Below, piece by piece: positions 58,173-64,000 of a DNA stretch of 64,000 nucleotides. Origin of the DNA: the human T2T-CHM13v2.0 reference genome, Homo sapiens; the NCBI RefSeq assembly GCF_009914755.1, contig NC_060927.1; one strand, 5' to 3'. The position numbers and the translations under genes were made by a program. The notes under the pieces are model-generated. The model had not been told where the DNA came from. It was given only the letters and a program-made list of their open reading frames with translations, and did not search any database. Each line of letters begins with the position of its first letter. The first letter of the stretch is position 1.

Positions 58173-58740
58173 GAAGGGAAGTTTTCCAGGGAGTGTATTC
58201 TCCTGGGTTTGGTGATAACTGCAACTCAGTCTTTTTTTTTTTCTTAACACAATATTTCTGCTGACTTCTGAAAAATTTTCACTTGAATGTGTAATGAAGG
58301 GGCAGCAGCAGCAACAGTCCTTGGCCCGGAGATGCACCACAGTGCCCAGCAAGTCTTTGGCACTACTTGCCCCACCCTCTTCTTGGTGCCCAGCTCTCTC
58401 CCTGGCCCTAGTCCCTGGGTTAGGCCACCCCACCCCTACTTAGCATTGTGCCTGCCCTGGCACCAGCTGGGCATGCTGGGCTACTGCCTGCCCTCTGGGT
58501 AAAGGTGGAAGGGGTGGGGGATGTCATTGCATGGCCTGTCCCTGGACACAGTCTCCCCAGGCCTGGCCCTGCCATGTGGAATGGCCTGCAGGGTGGATAT
58601 GAGTCTGCAAAGTGCTTGGTGGGTGTCTGCATCAAGCAGCAGGGCCACAGTAGCTGCAGCAGAGGCTCAGCTTGGCTCAGGCCGTGTGGTGCGAGTGATG
58701 CTAAGAATGTTTGTAGTAAGCACAGAGATGAAATAAACCA
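58173..58740 (-). pseudogene. TEAD1: Retrocopy of the TEAD1 5'UTR (non-coding first exons), CpG-decayed, fused to L1
   Basis: Minus strand AACATTCTTAGCATC..CCCACCAAGCACTTTGCAGACTC..ACAGGCCATGCA..CACATTCAAGTGAAAATTTTTCAGAAGTCAGCAGAAA..CACCAAACCCAGGAG..CTCCCTGGAAAACTTCCCTTC matches the recalled TEAD1 mRNA leader. Confidence 0.8.
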
Positions 58741-60085
58741 CAATTGATTTTTGTGCATTGATCTTGTTCCTGCAAACTTGGTGAACTCATTTATTAGTAC
58801 TAGAAGATTTTTTTGTTAGATTCCCTTGGGATGTTCTATGTAGACAATGATATCATCTGCAAATAGAGACAGTTTTACTTCTTCCTTTCCAATCTATATG
58901 CCTTTATCTCAGTTGTATGTTGAATAAGAATGGTGAGAATGTACATCCTTCCCATGTTACTTGTTTTAGGGGGAAAGTATTCATTCTTTCACCATCAGGT
59001 ATGTTATCTCTAGGCTTTGAGGACGCTTTTTATCACGTTGAGGAAGCACCTGTCTGTTCCTACCTTGCTGAGAGTTTTTCATCATTAACAGATGTTGGAT
59101 TTTGTCAAATGATTTTTCTGTACCTAATGGTATGAATATACTGTTTTCTTCTTTAGCCTGTTGATATGGTGAGTTACATTGGTTGATTGTTAAATGTTGA
59201 AACAACCTTTTGTACTTGGAATAAATCCCGTTTTTTCATGGTGTACAATTATTTTATACACTGTTTTATTACTAATGTTTTGTTGAGGATTTTTGTGTCT
59301 AAGTTCATGGCCTTTTGTGTTATTTGTTTATACTGTCTGCCTCTTTGAGTTTGATAACAGGATAATACCTGCCTCAAAAAGTGAGTTAGGAAGTGTTCCC
59401 TCTTTTACCTTCAGGAAGATATTAAGCAAAATTGGTACTAATTCTTTTTTAAATATTTGGTAGAATTCTCCAATGAAGCCTTCTGGTCCTTGATTTCTTT
59501 ATGAGGAGCTTTTTATTTACAAATTTAATATCTTTAATGGTTATTATACTAGTCACATTATCTATCTCATATTGGTTGAGTTTTGGCAGTTTGTGGTTTT
59601 TAAGTATTCAGTCCATTTTTTATATGTCATTGAATTTATGACACTAGAGTTATATGTAGTATCCTTTTAGTATTCCTGTTTCATTTCTGATACTGGTTAT
59701 TTATGTCTTTTTCTCTTTTTTGAGAAAGGTTCCTGCTCTAGTGCCCAGGCTAGATAGAATGAAGTGGCACAATCAGGACTCAAATGATCCTCCTGCCTTA
59801 GCCCCCTGAGTAGCTGAGACTATAGGTGTGCACCACCACACCTGGCTAAATTTTTTTGAATTTTAGTAGAGAAGAGATCTCACTATGTTGCCCAGGCTGG
59901 TCCCAAATTCCTGAGTTCACACAATCCTCCTGCCTCGGCCTCTCAAAGTGCTGGGATTACAGCACTAGAGATTTATCACTTTTACTGATTTTTTTGAAGA
60001 AGTAGCTTATTTTTCTCATTGATTTTTTTCTATTGTTTTAATTTTCAATTTCATTGATTCTGTTCTTATCTTTATATTTCCTTAT
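58741..60085 (-). mobile_element. Host L1ME-type ORF2 continuation
   Basis: CAATTGATTTTTGTGCATTGATCTTG..TCATCTGCAAATAGAGACAGTTTTACTTC continues the 44890-44935 flank. Confidence 0.78.
59715..59962 (-). mobile_element. AluJ with internal deletion
   Basis: Degraded Alu ending CAAAGTGCTGGGATTACAG. Confidence 0.82.
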
Positions 60086-62030
60086 TTTAAAATATTTAAT
60101 TGACAAATAAAGATTGTATATATTCAAGGTGTACAATGTGATAATTAAAGATTGTATATATTCAAGGTGTACAATGTGATAATTTGATATACATATGCAT
60201 CTTGTAATGATTACCACAATTACATAAATTACACATTCATCATCACCCATGCTATACCTCAGATAGCTGGAACTTGTTCATTTCGTAACTGAAAGTTTGT
60301 ACCTTTTGGCCAATATTTCCTTTATCTCCACTCCCTTAGCCCTTCGTAATCATTGTTCTACTCTCTGCTTCTATGAGTTCAACTTTTTAAAATTCCACAT
60401 ATAAGTGAGATCATACAGTATTTGTCTTTCTGTGTCTGGCTTATTTCACTAATCCTAATGTCTTCCAGTTCACTCATGTTGCTATAAATGGCAGAATTTC
60501 CTTATTTTTTAAGACTGAATAATGTTCCATTGTGTTTATATACCACATTGTCTTTATTCATTCATCTATTGATGGACAATTAGTTTGTTTCTGTGTCTTG
60601 GCTATCATGAATAATCCTGCAATGAAATGGGGATGCCAATACCTCTTTAAGATACTGATTTCTTTTCCTTTGGATATATACCCAGAAGTGAAATTGCTGG
60701 ATCATGTAGTAGTTCTATTTTATTTTTTTGAGGATCCTCTGTACTGTTTTCCATAATGGCTATACCAATTTACATTCCCACAAACAGTGTACAAAGGTTC
60801 CCTTTTCTACATACCCTCACCAACACTTATAATCTCATGTCTTTTTGAGAATAGCCATCCTAACAAGTGTGAGGTGATATCTCATTGTGGTTTTAATTTG
60901 CATTTCTCTGAGGACTGGTAATATTGAGTGACTTTATATACTCATTGACCATTTGCAATAAAAAATGTCTATTCTTGTCCTTTGCCCATTTTTCAATCAG
61001 GTTATATGTGTTTTGCTATTGAGTTGTGTGAGTTCTTCATACATTTTGGATATCAATTTCTTATCCGGTATATGGTTTGCACATTTTCTTCCCATTCCAT
61101 GGGTTGTCTTTTCATTTGTGTTGATTGTGCTCTTTGCTCTGCAGAAGATTTTTCATTTGATGTAGTCCCCCTTGTTTATGTATTTTTGAGATAGAGTCTC
61201 ATTTACTCTGTTGCCCAGGCTGCAGTGTTTCTTTTTGCTTTTGTTGCCTGTGCTTTTTGTGTCATATACAAAAAAATCATTGCCAAGATCAATTTCAAGG
61301 AATCTTCCCTATGTTTTCTTCTAGGAGTTTTATGGTTTCAGATCTTACATTTAAGTCTTTAATTCATTTCAAGTTAATTTTTGTATATGGTGTAAGTCAA
61401 GGATTCAATTTCATTCTGTCAATGTGGTGTATCATATTTATTGATTTGTATATGTTGTAACATCCTTACATCCCAGGGATAAATCCAGTTTGGTCATGGT
61501 ATATGATCCACTCAGTGTGCTGTTGAATTTGGTTTGCTCGCATTTTGTTGAAGATTATTGCATCTATGTTCAGGGATACTGGCCTGTGATTTTCTTTTCT
61601 TATAGTGTACTTATCTGGCTTTGGTATCAGGGTAATGCTGTAATGAAATGAGTTTGAAAATATTCCCATCTCTTCAATTTTTTTGGACAAGTTTGAGAAG
61701 GACTGGTATTAATTCTTATTTAACTGTTTGGTAGAATTAACCTGTGAAGACATCTAGTCTTGGGCTTTTTGAGGTTGGGAGGTTAGGAGGTTTGTGAATA
61801 CTGATCCAATCTTCTTATTTGTTATTGGTTTGTTCAGATTGTCTATTTCTTCATAATTCATGCTTTGTAGGTTGTATTTCTAGGAATTTATTCATCTTTT
61901 CTGAGTTACACAGTTTGAGGCATAGTTGTTTATAGTAGTCTATTATAGTTATTTGTATTTCTGTGGTATCAGTTGTAATGTCTCCCCTTTCACTTACACT
62001 TTCACTTATTTTAGTCCTTTTTTTTTTAGG
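60086..62030 (-). mobile_element. L1MA-type element (3'UTR plus ORF2 with an internal jump at ~61410); tiny Alu 3' piece at ~61183-61227
   Basis: TTTAATTGACAAATAAAGATTGTATATATTCAAGGTGTACAA terminus; ORF2 remnants ([19 protein letters not shown]). Confidence 0.8.
60108..60183. repeat. Perfect 38-bp tandem duplication
   Basis: TAAAGATTGTATATATTCAAGGTGTACAATGTGATAAT x2. Confidence 0.95.
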
Positions 62031-62039
62031 TTTTGAAAT

Positions 62040-64000
<1,961 letters not shown>

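Overview
Primate (hominoid) intergenic DNA that is mostly transposon-derived and holds no intact protein-coding gene. From left to right it contains: (1) a decayed class I ERV (HERV-IP/HERVP71A-like; minus strand, 1-6546) with 5' LTR, a tRNA-Pro-like PBS, a gag-pol internal deletion and an apparent G-to-A hypermutation signature; (2) nested L1/L2/MIR/Alu/MaLR/MLT2/Hsmar2/MER50 debris; (3) a processed pseudogene of FLT1/VEGFR1 (FLT1P1-like; kinase half plus full 3'UTR, minus strand, ~26.3-31.6 kb, possibly to ~32.3 kb), interrupted by a young L1. In human, FLT1P1 lies at 3p21.31 in the XCR1-CCR1 region (recalled). (4) A 4.4-kb young L1PA; (5) a ~13.8-kb TSD-bounded compound insertion (44936-58740) made of two old L1PA elements, whose 5' end is a CpG-decayed copy of what I recognise as the spliced TEAD1 5'UTR, i.e. 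a TEAD1-L1 chimeric retrocopy; (6) a third young L1PA with its RT deleted. The most notable observations are the TEAD1-L1 chimera, a micro-inversion in FLT1P1 that creates an ACTACAnnTCCCA (ZNF143/THAP11) motif beside a GC box, the likely APOBEC3-edited provirus, and a 5' extension of FLT1P1 that may derive from an intron-initiated FLT1 isoform. Family and gene names come from recalled consensus sequences and were not checked by any search.
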